From assembly GCF_000008665.1 (NCBI RefSeq), contig NC_000917.1, positions 1,830,001 to 1,862,000 of the forward strand: DNA of 32,000 nt. Reading direction: 5' to 3'. Every line of letters starts with the position of its first letter. Position 1 is the first letter of the stretch. Below the pieces are notes generated by a model. The model saw only the letters and a program-made list of their open reading frames with translations. It did not search any database and was not told where the DNA came from. Source of the stretch: Archaeoglobus fulgidus DSM 4304. Lineage in GTDB: Archaea > Halobacteriota > Archaeoglobi > Archaeoglobales > Archaeoglobaceae. Below are positions 16,197-23,711 of the stretch, piece by piece. The position numbers and the translations under genes are program-made.

Positions 16197-16222
16197 CGCT
16201 TTTCCCAAGATTTACATTGTTT

Positions 16223-17503
16223 TTAACCCTTTCCTGAAACTTTGTCCAGGTAGCTTGGAGACTCAGGGTAGAGAATCTCCCTCACCGCATCGAAGAATTC
16301 AGCGTATATGTGCGCATCAAGGGCGAAGTGGTTGTACCTGTACGATTTAAAGCCTGTCAGCTCTGCAACGTATTTGGTTAGAAGGGCAAAGGCGTACATG
16401 TTTGCGTGCATGGCTCCGTAGGCGTCATTGGACCTCATGTAGAAGGTTCCCAGCAATTCGTCTCCGTACTTCGAAAACTGATAGCCTCTAAGGCAAGGTG
16501 GTTCGTCACTCAGCAAATCCCAGGGCCTTGAAATTCCAACGTAGCAGTCTCTCCTGCACGAATCCTCTTTCAGCTTCTCAATAACCTTGTACAGCTGGTC
16601 AACCTTAACATCATCTCTATCGCAGTACCTCGCCCTCTCCGCGTAGGTGTACTCCTCACCCTCTTTCAGAATGCTCCGTCTGACCTCACCGTCAAGCTTT
16701 GCGGCGTGCATTATGTAATCATGTGCATACTCAATCCCGTACTTCTCCGTAAAAGGTGCTTTGTCGTGAAGCTTGTTTTCCTCTGGCTTCTCTACTTCCA
16801 GAAAAAGCCTGTGAACGAAAAGGCTTTCCTTCTGCCCTTCGAAGATGTCCCCCCACTCGGTTCTCTTTTTCTTTCCGTTGGTGTATATTGTTTCGAGTGC
16901 CGAATGCCACGCTGAGGAAATGTAGTCCTCCACCAGATGCGTTCCGAGCTCGTGGTAGCCGTAGGTTTCTCTCAACTTACCTGAATAGGATAGAGCCCTT
17001 TCAACGTCCCTCTCGTAGAAGTGTGGTACTGCTATTAGCATCCCGATGCTCCCCTCCTCCATACCGGTTTTCCTGCATATCGTTTCGAGAGCCTCAACGA
17101 GGAAGTCGAAGTTGTGTTCAAAGTAGCTCAAACACTCCATCGACCTCAGGAAGGCCGTAAGATGGAGCTTCTCGTGAAAAATGAACGAAATTTCAGTAAT
17201 AGCTGCGGGATTTCTGCAAAGATGGTCTTTCGGATACCAGAGCGGTATGGAAGCTCTTCTCGTGTGGGGAGATTTTCTGAGCTTCTCAGCAGCACTTTCT
17301 ACGCACCTTGACAACCTTTCGCTGTATTTCTCCCCGCAGACGTCGTAATCGAACTCGAAACCGAAGGAGGTTGGTTCTTCAACCACAACCATCGTCGGCT
17401 TTGACAGTCTGTAATCGCCAAACCTCGACCTGCAAGTTTCCCCACCAATAACCTTGGATACAAGCATTTCCTTTGCTTCCTCAGGAGTCTTCGTCAGAAT
17501 CAT
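16223..17503 (-). CDS. tandem ThyA-like protein (two thymidylate-synthase-like halves in one chain), putative archaeal thymidylate synthase
   Basis: The second half has 'CRRD..ISRPWD', 'EPPCLRGYQF', 'YMRSNDAYG' and 'DAHIYAEF'. The first half has 'TRRASIPLWYPKD', 'NPAAITEISF', 'FLRSMEC' and 'VPHFYERD'. I chose Met55 of the track ORF (ATG at 17503) as the start because a TATA-like CTTTTTAAC lies 21 nt upstream and the longer ORF would overlap the divergent gene. Confidence 0.7.
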   Translation of the reverse strand: MILTKTPEEAKEMLVSKVIGGETCRSRFGDYRLSKPTMVVVEEPTSFGFEFDYDVCGEKYSERLSRCVESAAEKLRKSPHTRRASIPLWYPKDHLCRNPAAITEISFIFHEKLHLTAFLRSMECLSYFEHNFDFLVEALETICRKTGMEEGSIGMLIAVPHFYERDVERALSYSGKLRETYGYHELGTHLVEDYISSAWHSALETIYTNGKKKRTEWGDIFEGQKESLFVHRLFLEVEKPEENKLHDKAPFTEKYGIEYAHDYIMHAAKLDGEVRRSILKEGEEYTYAERARYCDRDDVKVDQLYKVIEKLKEDSCRRDCYVGISRPWDLLSDEPPCLRGYQFSKYGDELLGTFYMRSNDAYGAMHANMYAFALLTKYVAELTGFKSYRYNHFALDAHIYAEFFDAVREILYPESPSYLDKVSGKG

Positions 17504-17524
17504 CAACACCCATTTCCGGAGTAA

Positions 17525-17533
17525 GTTAAAAAG
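17525..17533 (-). promoter_or_regulatory. putative TATA box (CTTTTTAAC on the minus strand) for the ThyA-like gene
   Basis: Minus strand reads 'aagCTTTTTAACttactccggaaatgggtgttgATG', giving 21 nt from the 9-mer to the ATG at 17503. Confidence 0.4.
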
Positions 17534-17549
17534 CTTGCCGTGAAAGAAA

Positions 17550-17557
17550 GTTTTATC
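17550..17557 (+). promoter_or_regulatory. putative TATA box (GTTTTATC) for the sequon-rich membrane protein gene
   Basis: 'aaaGTTTTATCtgccatactgaaacgtttcagcATG', giving 22 nt to the ATG at 17580. Confidence 0.4.
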
Positions 17558-17564
17558 TGCCATA

Positions 17565-17578
17565 CTGAAACGTTTCAG
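17565..17578. promoter_or_regulatory. perfect 14-bp palindrome CTGAAACGTTTCAG between the TATA box and the start codon (candidate operator)
   Basis: The sequence is self-complementary over all 14 positions. It ends 1 nt before the ATG at 17580, so it covers the expected transcription start. Confidence 0.45.
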
Positions 17579-17579
17579 C

Positions 17580-18503
17580 ATGGCCAAACAGATGGAAAAA
17601 AAATCAGCAAGACTGCTCGCCTTCCTTCTCGCTCTGATTATGATCGGATCAGTGTTTGCGTACATGCTAAGTGGCGGGAGTGCGGAGCACAGAGAGGTCG
17701 TTTACAGACTGGACGATTTTAGGGAGTACGTAAACTGGACTCCGGCTGATCCTGTTTACGTTCAGTACTACAACCTCTCCTACACATCCAAGCTAGGAAG
17801 CAAGGACCCGCTTGCCAGTATGGTAACCACTGACCTGCAAAAGCTGTTGATTCCGGCCATATTCAGCAGACAGGTTCTTGAAGTCACCAGAGGGATTTCA
17901 CAGGTGATGATAGTCGATTTTGGAGAAACTGTGCCCCTTTACTTTGTCGATGCTGGAATGAGCAAAATCTACTTCGCCAAGGAGGACGAAATAAAGCACG
18001 GAAACTTCACTCTACAGGTCAGAAGACCTGGAATTGCCCTCGTAAGCGAGCTTTCTCCTCTGGTAGTGGGTTACAAGCCACTCGTTGAGAAGGCCGTCGA
18101 TACGGTGGAGGGGAACTATCCGAGCTTCGGAAACAAGACCTACAGCTACCTGTCCCGCATAAACGGGAGCTTCGCCTACGCCTTCTTTGCGTACGGGGAT
18201 GTTGTTAAGCAGTGGATAAGAGTGGGCAACGAAAGTCCGGCGGACTTCTTCTTCGAAGGTTACAGGTACAACTTCAACAACAGCAGCTACGAGAAAGTTT
18301 GGGCAATGCACTTTGAAGGAAACTACTTCTTCGGAGGAATGAACGAGTCTGAGAAGAACTTTGAGTACTACAAGGTGCAGAATTTCGGCGACGGGTTGAG
18401 CGTTGCGGTAATGGAGGACAAGAACTTCACGAAGGTTGTAAATGCCAGACCAAACATTCTGACCTGGCAGATATCCTTCAACAACACGCAAAATGAGAGT
18501 TGA
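17580..18503 (+). CDS. N-terminally membrane-anchored extracytoplasmic protein of unknown function, rich in N-glycosylation sequons
   Basis: Positively charged N-terminus 'MAKQMEKKSAR' followed by the TM 'LLAFLLALIMIGSVFAYML'. I counted 12 N-x-S/T sequons by hand. The protein is aromatic-rich and has no family I recognise. Confidence 0.6.
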   Translation: MAKQMEKKSARLLAFLLALIMIGSVFAYMLSGGSAEHREVVYRLDDFREYVNWTPADPVYVQYYNLSYTSKLGSKDPLASMVTTDLQKLLIPAIFSRQVLEVTRGISQVMIVDFGETVPLYFVDAGMSKIYFAKEDEIKHGNFTLQVRRPGIALVSELSPLVVGYKPLVEKAVDTVEGNYPSFGNKTYSYLSRINGSFAYAFFAYGDVVKQWIRVGNESPADFFFEGYRYNFNNSSYEKVWAMHFEGNYFFGGMNESEKNFEYYKVQNFGDGLSVAVMEDKNFTKVVNARPNILTWQISFNNTQNES

Positions 18504-19629
18504 AAAGGGCAAAACCGCAATAGCGAAGGGGAGAGTAAGGATAAAGGGGGAGGCGGAGGTCTGCGGAGCCTCCATTTCCGAATTTTTCACAGAAAAGTTC
18601 GTTCCAATTTACTGCCTCGACGACTGCGAAATTTTGGTTGAAGGAGAGTGCAGAATAGTTGACGGCTGCACCATACCGGAATCATGGAAAAAGCTGGCTA
18701 AAAGGGATTGGGAGGTTCTTTTCCTCTACGGCGGAGTTGATGTCGGAAAGAGCACTCTTGCAACGTACCTGGCCAACAAGTTGGGAGGTTGCTACATCCT
18801 CGACCTGGACATCGGGCAGTCCGAGCTTCTCCATCCCGGAGCGATGGGGTACGGCTTTGCCAGAAACTGCGTGAACCTTTCGCAGGCGGAGTACATCAAC
18901 GGCTACTTCGTCGGAGTGATTTCACCGATGGGAAAGGAGGTAAAGTGCATACGAGGTGTTGCAAGGCTATGGGGAGAGTTGAAGAAGCTTGAGGGCAGGA
19001 AGATAGTAAACACAACAGGCTGGGTGAGGGGGGCAAGAGCTCTGGACTACAAGCTCGCCAAGCTTGAGGTAATCAATCCGGATATCGTTGCCTCCTTTGA
19101 AGATGCAAATTTAGAGGACTGGAACGTATTCAGAGTCGAGAGCGGGGAAGTTGTGGAGAGAAGCAGGGAGGAGAGAGCAAAAATCAGGATGGAGAAGTAC
19201 CGAAGGGAGCTTGAGGGCTCAAAGCTTGTGGTGGTTGACAAATCAAGGGTTTCGGGAAGGTTCTTCAACGGAAAAAACATAGTCAAGGACTTCATTGAGG
19301 ACGTGCTCGAAGTTAGGGTTAAGGAGGTAAGGAAGGGTGAGGACTTCCTGCTCATACTAACTGAGGAGAAAATTGAGGTTGACAGCAGCATAATTAAATC
19401 GCTCAAGATGCTGTACGAGGTTGAGGACGTTTACGTTGTGGCGATGGAGGAGCTTGAAGGCCTCGTCGTTGGGGTTTACAGAGGAAGCAAGTATCTGGGA
19501 CTGGGAGTCGTGAGGGAGTTCAGAGGAGAGGAGTTCGTAATTGAAACCAGGCACACCGACTTCGACAGAATTGTTTTAGGCGAGTTCGGAATCGCTCAAG
19601 GGAAGGAATATATGCTGAGACTTCCGTGA
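18493..19629 (+). CDS. Clp1/Grc3-family polynucleotide 5'-hydroxyl kinase (archaeal Clp1 homologue)
   Basis: P-loop 'GGVDVGKSTLATYLANKL', 'LDLDIGQSE' and 'NTTGWV', in a three-domain architecture like the Pyrococcus Clp1 homologue. The start overlaps the upstream gene by 11 nt. Confidence 0.75.
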   Translation: MRVEKGKTAIAKGRVRIKGEAEVCGASISEFFTEKFVPIYCLDDCEILVEGECRIVDGCTIPESWKKLAKRDWEVLFLYGGVDVGKSTLATYLANKLGGCYILDLDIGQSELLHPGAMGYGFARNCVNLSQAEYINGYFVGVISPMGKEVKCIRGVARLWGELKKLEGRKIVNTTGWVRGARALDYKLAKLEVINPDIVASFEDANLEDWNVFRVESGEVVERSREERAKIRMEKYRRELEGSKLVVVDKSRVSGRFFNGKNIVKDFIEDVLEVRVKEVRKGEDFLLILTEEKIEVDSSIIKSLKMLYEVEDVYVVAMEELEGLVVGVYRGSKYLGLGVVREFRGEEFVIETRHTDFDRIVLGEFGIAQGKEYMLRLP

Positions 19630-19636
19630 CTCGGTT

Positions 19637-20017
19637 ATGGAGCTAACTCTGAAAACAGCTAAGAGGGTTGAGATTATCGACATAACTGACCAGGTTGAGA
19701 GGTGCGTTGAAAGTAGAGACGGATTGGTTTTGGTCTACACACCCCACACAACCACAGCCCTCGTAATAAACGAGGGGGAGAGGGGGCTTCTTGAAGACAT
19801 TCTCGAGTTCATGGAGAAACTCGTGCCCTACGGGAAGGGATACAAGCACGATAGGTTAGACAGCAACGCTGATGCCCACCTCAAAGCCACGCTTCTCGGC
19901 AACTCCGTTGTGGTTCCTGTGGAGAGCGGAAAGCTTGCACTCGGAACGTGGCAGAGAATTTTATTTCTCGAATTCGACGGTCCAAGAACGAGAAGAGTGA
20001 TTGTGAAGGCGCTATGA
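19637..20017 (+). CDS. YjbQ/UPF0047 family protein (secondary thiamine-phosphate synthase-like)
   Basis: 126 aa with 'VYTPHTTTALVINE', 'DSNADAHLKATLLG' and 'LGTWQRILFLEFDGPRTR', which are typical YjbQ motifs. Confidence 0.8.
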   Translation: MELTLKTAKRVEIIDITDQVERCVESRDGLVLVYTPHTTTALVINEGERGLLEDILEFMEKLVPYGKGYKHDRLDSNADAHLKATLLGNSVVVPVESGKLALGTWQRILFLEFDGPRTRRVIVKAL

Positions 20018-20589
20018 AGGACAGGCAGGATTACTACTACTGGAAGGCGAAGAAGGAAGGTTACAGGAGCAGGGCAGCATACAAGCTATTGCAGATGAAC
20101 AGGACGTTCAAGCTCATCAGGGAGGGGGATTTGGTTCTTGACCTCGGAGCTACGCCGGGCGGCTGGAGTCAGGTTGCCGCTCTTTTGGGAGCGAGAGTCG
20201 TTGCGGTTGACATCAACCCCATGAAACCTCTCGAAAACGTAACTTTCATTCGAGGGGACATAACTCTCCCGGAGACTCTTGAGAAAATCAGGGAAATTTC
20301 TCCAGACTACGATGTCGTGATGAGCGACGCCTCACCGAAAATCAGCGGAAAGTGGACTATCGACCACCTGAGGTCTATCGACCTGGCAAGGGCGAGCTTC
20401 AGCATCGCAAAGGAGGTTCTCAAGCCCGGAGGTAATTTCGTCGTCAAGGTTTTTCAGGGTGAGGAGATTCAGAAATTTTTCAATGAGCTCAAGCCCCATT
20501 TTAGATTTAAAAAGTTCCACAGCCCTCAGGCATCAAGGAAAAGGAGCGCCGAAGTCTACTTCATCGGGAAAAGATTCAGGAAAATTTGA
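20014..20589 (+). CDS. rlmE: 23S rRNA 2'-O-ribose methyltransferase RlmE (FtsJ/RrmJ)
   Basis: 'YYYWKAKKEGYRSRAAYKLLQ', 'VLDLGATPGGWSQV', 'VMSDASPKISG' and 'VVKVFQG'. I chose the ATG at 20014, which forms an ATGA overlap with the YjbQ stop. The track ORF starts 22 codons earlier, inside yjbQ. Confidence 0.9.
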   Translation: MKDRQDYYYWKAKKEGYRSRAAYKLLQMNRTFKLIREGDLVLDLGATPGGWSQVAALLGARVVAVDINPMKPLENVTFIRGDITLPETLEKIREISPDYDVVMSDASPKISGKWTIDHLRSIDLARASFSIAKEVLKPGGNFVVKVFQGEEIQKFFNELKPHFRFKKFHSPQASRKRSAEVYFIGKRFRKI

Positions 20590-21421
20590 GGAGCAGCTTC
20601 CACTCCTCCTCTATCCTCCTCTCTATCTCCTCTATGTCCTCTCTGCTCAGATGCTGAAACCTACCCTGACTGAGGTACTCCTCCAGCGGTATCCTTTCCG
20701 ACCCATCTGCGTACTTCCTGCTCGGTGGGGAGAGAGTAAGCTTACCGTCGTACTCCCAGAGAATCCAGGCTCCACTCATCACGGCTTTTCTCGCAACCTC
20801 AACCGTCTTCTCGCTGGGAAATCTCCAGCCCGGAGGGCAAGGAGCGTGGACGTGCAAAAACCTGAAACCATCCTTTTTACCCGCAATCCTGAACTTCCTC
20901 CTCAAATCGTGAATGTAGCCGACCGAGGCTGTAGCAACATAGTCGACCTTGTGAGCCAGCATCACCAGTGCGAGGTTCCTCCTGTCCTCAGTTTTCCCTT
21001 TAGGGGAAGTTGTTGTTTTCGCCTTCCAGAAGGTGCTGAGGCTCGACTGAGTCCCGGTGTTCATGTACGCCTCATTGTCAACAACAACAGTGAGAATATC
21101 ATCCTTCCGCGTTGCCGAAGCGCTTAGAGCAGCAAAGCCGATGTCTGCAGCACCATCCCCCATCCAGGCAACAACAGTAGCACCAACTCCGAGTTTCTTG
21201 TAAGCCTCGCTGAGCCCGCATGCAACGGAGTGGGTGGATGCGAAGGGAACGTGCACTACGGGGCATTTCATAGCGGACTTTGGATGCAGGCCGGCAATCA
21301 CCGTCGAGCAGCCGGCTGGAATTACGAGAACTGGATTCTCTATCTCGTCTAAGCAGCGCATCGCCATCGATATGGGGCATCCCTGGCAGCTTGCGTTTCC
21401 CGGCAGAATCATATCAACCAC
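20576..21421 (-). CDS. 2-oxoacid:ferredoxin oxidoreductase, beta (TPP-binding) subunit, POR/VOR type
   Basis: 'CQGCP' plus the TPP motif 'GDGAADIGFAAL...N'. It is the last gene of a gamma-delta-alpha-beta operon. Substrate (2-ketoisovalerate or pyruvate) cannot be resolved from sequence by eye. Confidence 0.85.
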   Translation of the reverse strand: MVDMILPGNASCQGCPISMAMRCLDEIENPVLVIPAGCSTVIAGLHPKSAMKCPVVHVPFASTHSVACGLSEAYKKLGVGATVVAWMGDGAADIGFAALSASATRKDDILTVVVDNEAYMNTGTQSSLSTFWKAKTTTSPKGKTEDRRNLALVMLAHKVDYVATASVGYIHDLRRKFRIAGKKDGFRFLHVHAPCPPGWRFPSEKTVEVARKAVMSGAWILWEYDGKLTLSPPSRKYADGSERIPLEEYLSQGRFQHLSREDIEEIERRIEEEWKLLLKFS

Positions 21422-22473
21422 TCCACATCCGAGAGTTTACCATCAGCAAATCTTTTCAGGCAGGAGTAAAGCTCCTCAACTGTCGGATACCTACCCCCGA
21501 TTCCCGCAACAACGTTTACGTTCTCAACACCGCAAGCAGCAACCTCTACCGAGAGAGTTCCTCTGAGGTCTGTATTTGCCCTGTCAACGACGAGAACTTG
21601 AGATGGGAGGCTTTTAACGGCTTTCTTGGGGAACGGTCTGATGAATTTCAGCCTCAAAACACCCATCTTCACCCCCTCTTCCCTAAGCATGTCAACAGCA
21701 TCCTTCACGTCACCGCTCAACCCACCCGTCACAACCACAGCGTAATCGGCATCCTCCAGCCTGTATCTCTCAACCAAACCTCCATATTCTTTTTCTATCA
21801 GCTCCGCAGAATTCTCCAGATCCTTTGCAAGGTCGTAACGTGCCGTCATTCTTGCCTCACCAAACGTAACGGCATTCAACGCCACATCCATACCCGGCAG
21901 TATTCTGTAGGCCTGCTTTCTCGGCGGGATTTCAACCTCCCTCACCTCAACAACCTCGGCGGTGTGACTCATCGTAAACCCGTCTATGGCAACGGCAACT
22001 GGGATGTTCACCTCCTCGCTCAGCATGAAGGCGTTCAAGGTCATGTCAAACGCTTCCTGGGCGTTCTCCGCAACGCTGATAATCCACCCCAAGTCTCGCA
22101 TGGCCATCAAGTCCAGGTGGTCTCCGTGAATGTTCCAGGGGGCACCGATGGACCTCGCTGCCAGAGCCATCACTATTGGCAATCTTGAGCCAGCCGCCCA
22201 CCAGCACATCTCGTACATGTAGGCGAGGCCGTGGCTTGAGGTTGCTGTGAAAACCCTCGCTCCAGCTGTTGCAGCTCCGATGACCACACCCATCGCTGAG
22301 TGCTCGGACTCAACCCTAACAAATCTGGAGTCGAGTTCACCGCTATCAACCATCTCCGAAAGCTTCTCTACGATTGGTGACTGAGGGGTTATTGGGTAAG
22401 CAGCAATAACGTCAGGTTTTGCCAGCTTTACTGCCTCAGCTATTGCCTCATTGCTGGTCAGAAGCTTTTTCAT
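21409..22473 (-). CDS. 2-oxoacid:ferredoxin oxidoreductase, alpha subunit
   Basis: 'AYPITPQSPIVE' and 'ESEHSAMGVVIGAATAGARVFTATSSHGLAYM'. I chose the ATG at 22473, which forms an ATGA overlap with the delta stop. The track ORF is 19 codons longer. Confidence 0.85.
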   Translation of the reverse strand: MKKLLTSNEAIAEAVKLAKPDVIAAYPITPQSPIVEKLSEMVDSGELDSRFVRVESEHSAMGVVIGAATAGARVFTATSSHGLAYMYEMCWWAAGSRLPIVMALAARSIGAPWNIHGDHLDLMAMRDLGWIISVAENAQEAFDMTLNAFMLSEEVNIPVAVAIDGFTMSHTAEVVEVREVEIPPRKQAYRILPGMDVALNAVTFGEARMTARYDLAKDLENSAELIEKEYGGLVERYRLEDADYAVVVTGGLSGDVKDAVDMLREEGVKMGVLRLKFIRPFPKKAVKSLPSQVLVVDRANTDLRGTLSVEVAACGVENVNVVAGIGGRYPTVEELYSCLKRFADGKLSDVEWLI

Positions 22474-22718
22474 TCCTCCGGCACCATTACAATCGCCTTC
22501 TGCCTGCATACCTCCCCGCAAACTCCACACCCCTTGCAGAACCTGTAGTCGATTCTGGCAAAAACATCCACCTGAATTACCCCTTCAGGGCAGTAGTAGA
22601 AGCATTCCTTACAGCCTGAGCACTTTTTCTCGTCAACAACTGGCCTAAGGATTCTCCAGCTCCCCGTTTCGCCGGCAGATCCAGCTGTTGACTTGGATAT
22701 CAGCGAGTCTAAACGCAT
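22470..22718 (-). CDS. 2-oxoacid:ferredoxin oxidoreductase, delta subunit (2x[4Fe-4S] ferredoxin-like)
   Basis: 82 aa with 'CSGCKECFYYCP' and 'CKGCGVCGEVC'. Confidence 0.85.
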   Translation of the reverse strand: MRLDSLISKSTAGSAGETGSWRILRPVVDEKKCSGCKECFYYCPEGVIQVDVFARIDYRFCKGCGVCGEVCRQKAIVMVPEE

Positions 22719-23227
22719 TCGACCACCCTGTAGGCCTCCTCTGCGGCCTTCACACTTCTATCAGCCTTATCACCCAGCTCGAGCCTTATTGCCTCCAGAA
22801 GGCACCTGGGGTCGAGGTCCAGGGCTTTCGCTGCAGTACCCGCCATGGCCGGGCCTAGGATCGGCCAGCCAGCATTTACAAGCCCGTACCTTCGGGTTAT
22901 CTCAGTTGCATCGAGCGCGAAAACGTTTCCGTGACCTGTGAACGAGGAGCCGTTGCAGTTAACCACAACGGTTTCAGGATTACCATTAAAGCTCAATTTT
23001 AAGTCAAAAAGAATAACAACGTCAGGGTAAGTAATCGGGCATTTTCTCCTTATTCTTTCGTCAGAAATTCTTAAAAAAGCCCTTACCTCCGCTCCCCTTC
23101 TTTCAGGGCCAAACTGCGGCATTGATTGGCTGTAGTAACCCTGTAACATTGCAGTCGCTGCGAGAATCCTTGCCGCAGTAACGCCCCCCTGGCCTCCTCT
23201 GCAGTATATTGATATTTCCAAAAGCAT
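22709..23227 (-). CDS. 2-oxoacid:ferredoxin oxidoreductase, gamma subunit
   Basis: 'GRGGQGGVTAARILA' and 'FGPERRGAEV', in the first position of the operon. Confidence 0.85.
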   Translation of the reverse strand: MLLEISIYCRGGQGGVTAARILAATAMLQGYYSQSMPQFGPERRGAEVRAFLRISDERIRRKCPITYPDVVILFDLKLSFNGNPETVVVNCNGSSFTGHGNVFALDATEITRRYGLVNAGWPILGPAMAGTAAKALDLDPRCLLEAIRLELGDKADRSVKAAEEAYRVVECV

Positions 23228-23259
23228 AGCGGATACAGAACGGTAGCAGATATAAAAAT

Positions 23260-23601
23260 TTACGGTTCTGCCTTTTCCCTCTTTGGAAGAGCTTTGTTTA
23301 TCTCCTCAATCAGTTCCTCGTCGCTCTTTCCCTCCGGGTCTATTCCGAGGTCCCTCGCTATTTTCTCAAGCTTCGCCCTTTTCTCGTCTTTGGTGTATTT
23401 ACCTTCCCTCAGCTCCCTTTCAAACTGCCTGAGCTCCATTTCCGCTTCTTTCTGAGCTTTCTTGAACTCTCCCATGCTCCTTCCAAGACTTCTGGCTACT
23501 TCTGGCAGCTTGCTGGCTCCAAACAGCACAAATATTATCAGCAGTATCAGCAACCATTCCTGCCCGCCCGGAAACAGTTGCATGTACACCAAGTTCATCA
23601 T
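23260..23601 (-). CDS. tatA: Sec-independent (Tat) translocase component TatA/E-like
   Basis: A single N-terminal TM 'WLLILLIIFVLFGASKLPEVARSLGRSMGEFKKAQKE' followed by a charged amphipathic tail. Alternative ATG starts lie at 23598 and 23583. A TATA-like TTATATTT sits at 23620-23627 on the minus strand. Confidence 0.75.
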   Translation of the reverse strand: MMNLVYMQLFPGGQEWLLILLIIFVLFGASKLPEVARSLGRSMGEFKKAQKEAEMELRQFERELREGKYTKDEKRAKLEKIARDLGIDPEGKSDEELIEEINKALPKREKAEP

Positions 23602-23711
23602 TCTGCCTTAACACGCAGAAAATATAAGGTTTTGGTGTGAGACTGCTGAGGCAGCATCGCAATATAATGGTGAAAAGGCAAATATTAAATTTTCCTGTTG
23701 GGAGAGGCTTC

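Noticed and set aside
16223-17665. The full-length 480-aa version of the ThyA-like ORF given in the track
   Set aside because: The extra 54 N-terminal codons would overlap the divergent gene start (17580) and erase the shared promoter region. Met55 (17503) has a properly spaced TATA-like box, and the ThyA-like homology begins right after it.
17580-18503. The sequon-rich 307-aa protein as the substrate of the nearby archaeosortase-family enzyme
   Set aside because: Archaeosortase substrates carry a C-terminal motif+TM+basic tail. This protein ends in hydrophilic '...ISFNNTQNES', and its only TM segment is N-terminal.
21280-22188. 302-aa plus-strand ORF (also 20459-21127 and 21234-21566)
   Set aside because: It lies antisense to the well-supported oxidoreductase alpha and beta genes. 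Its composition is Ser/Arg/Pro/Leu-rich, as expected for the mirror frame. It has no recognisable motifs or start context.
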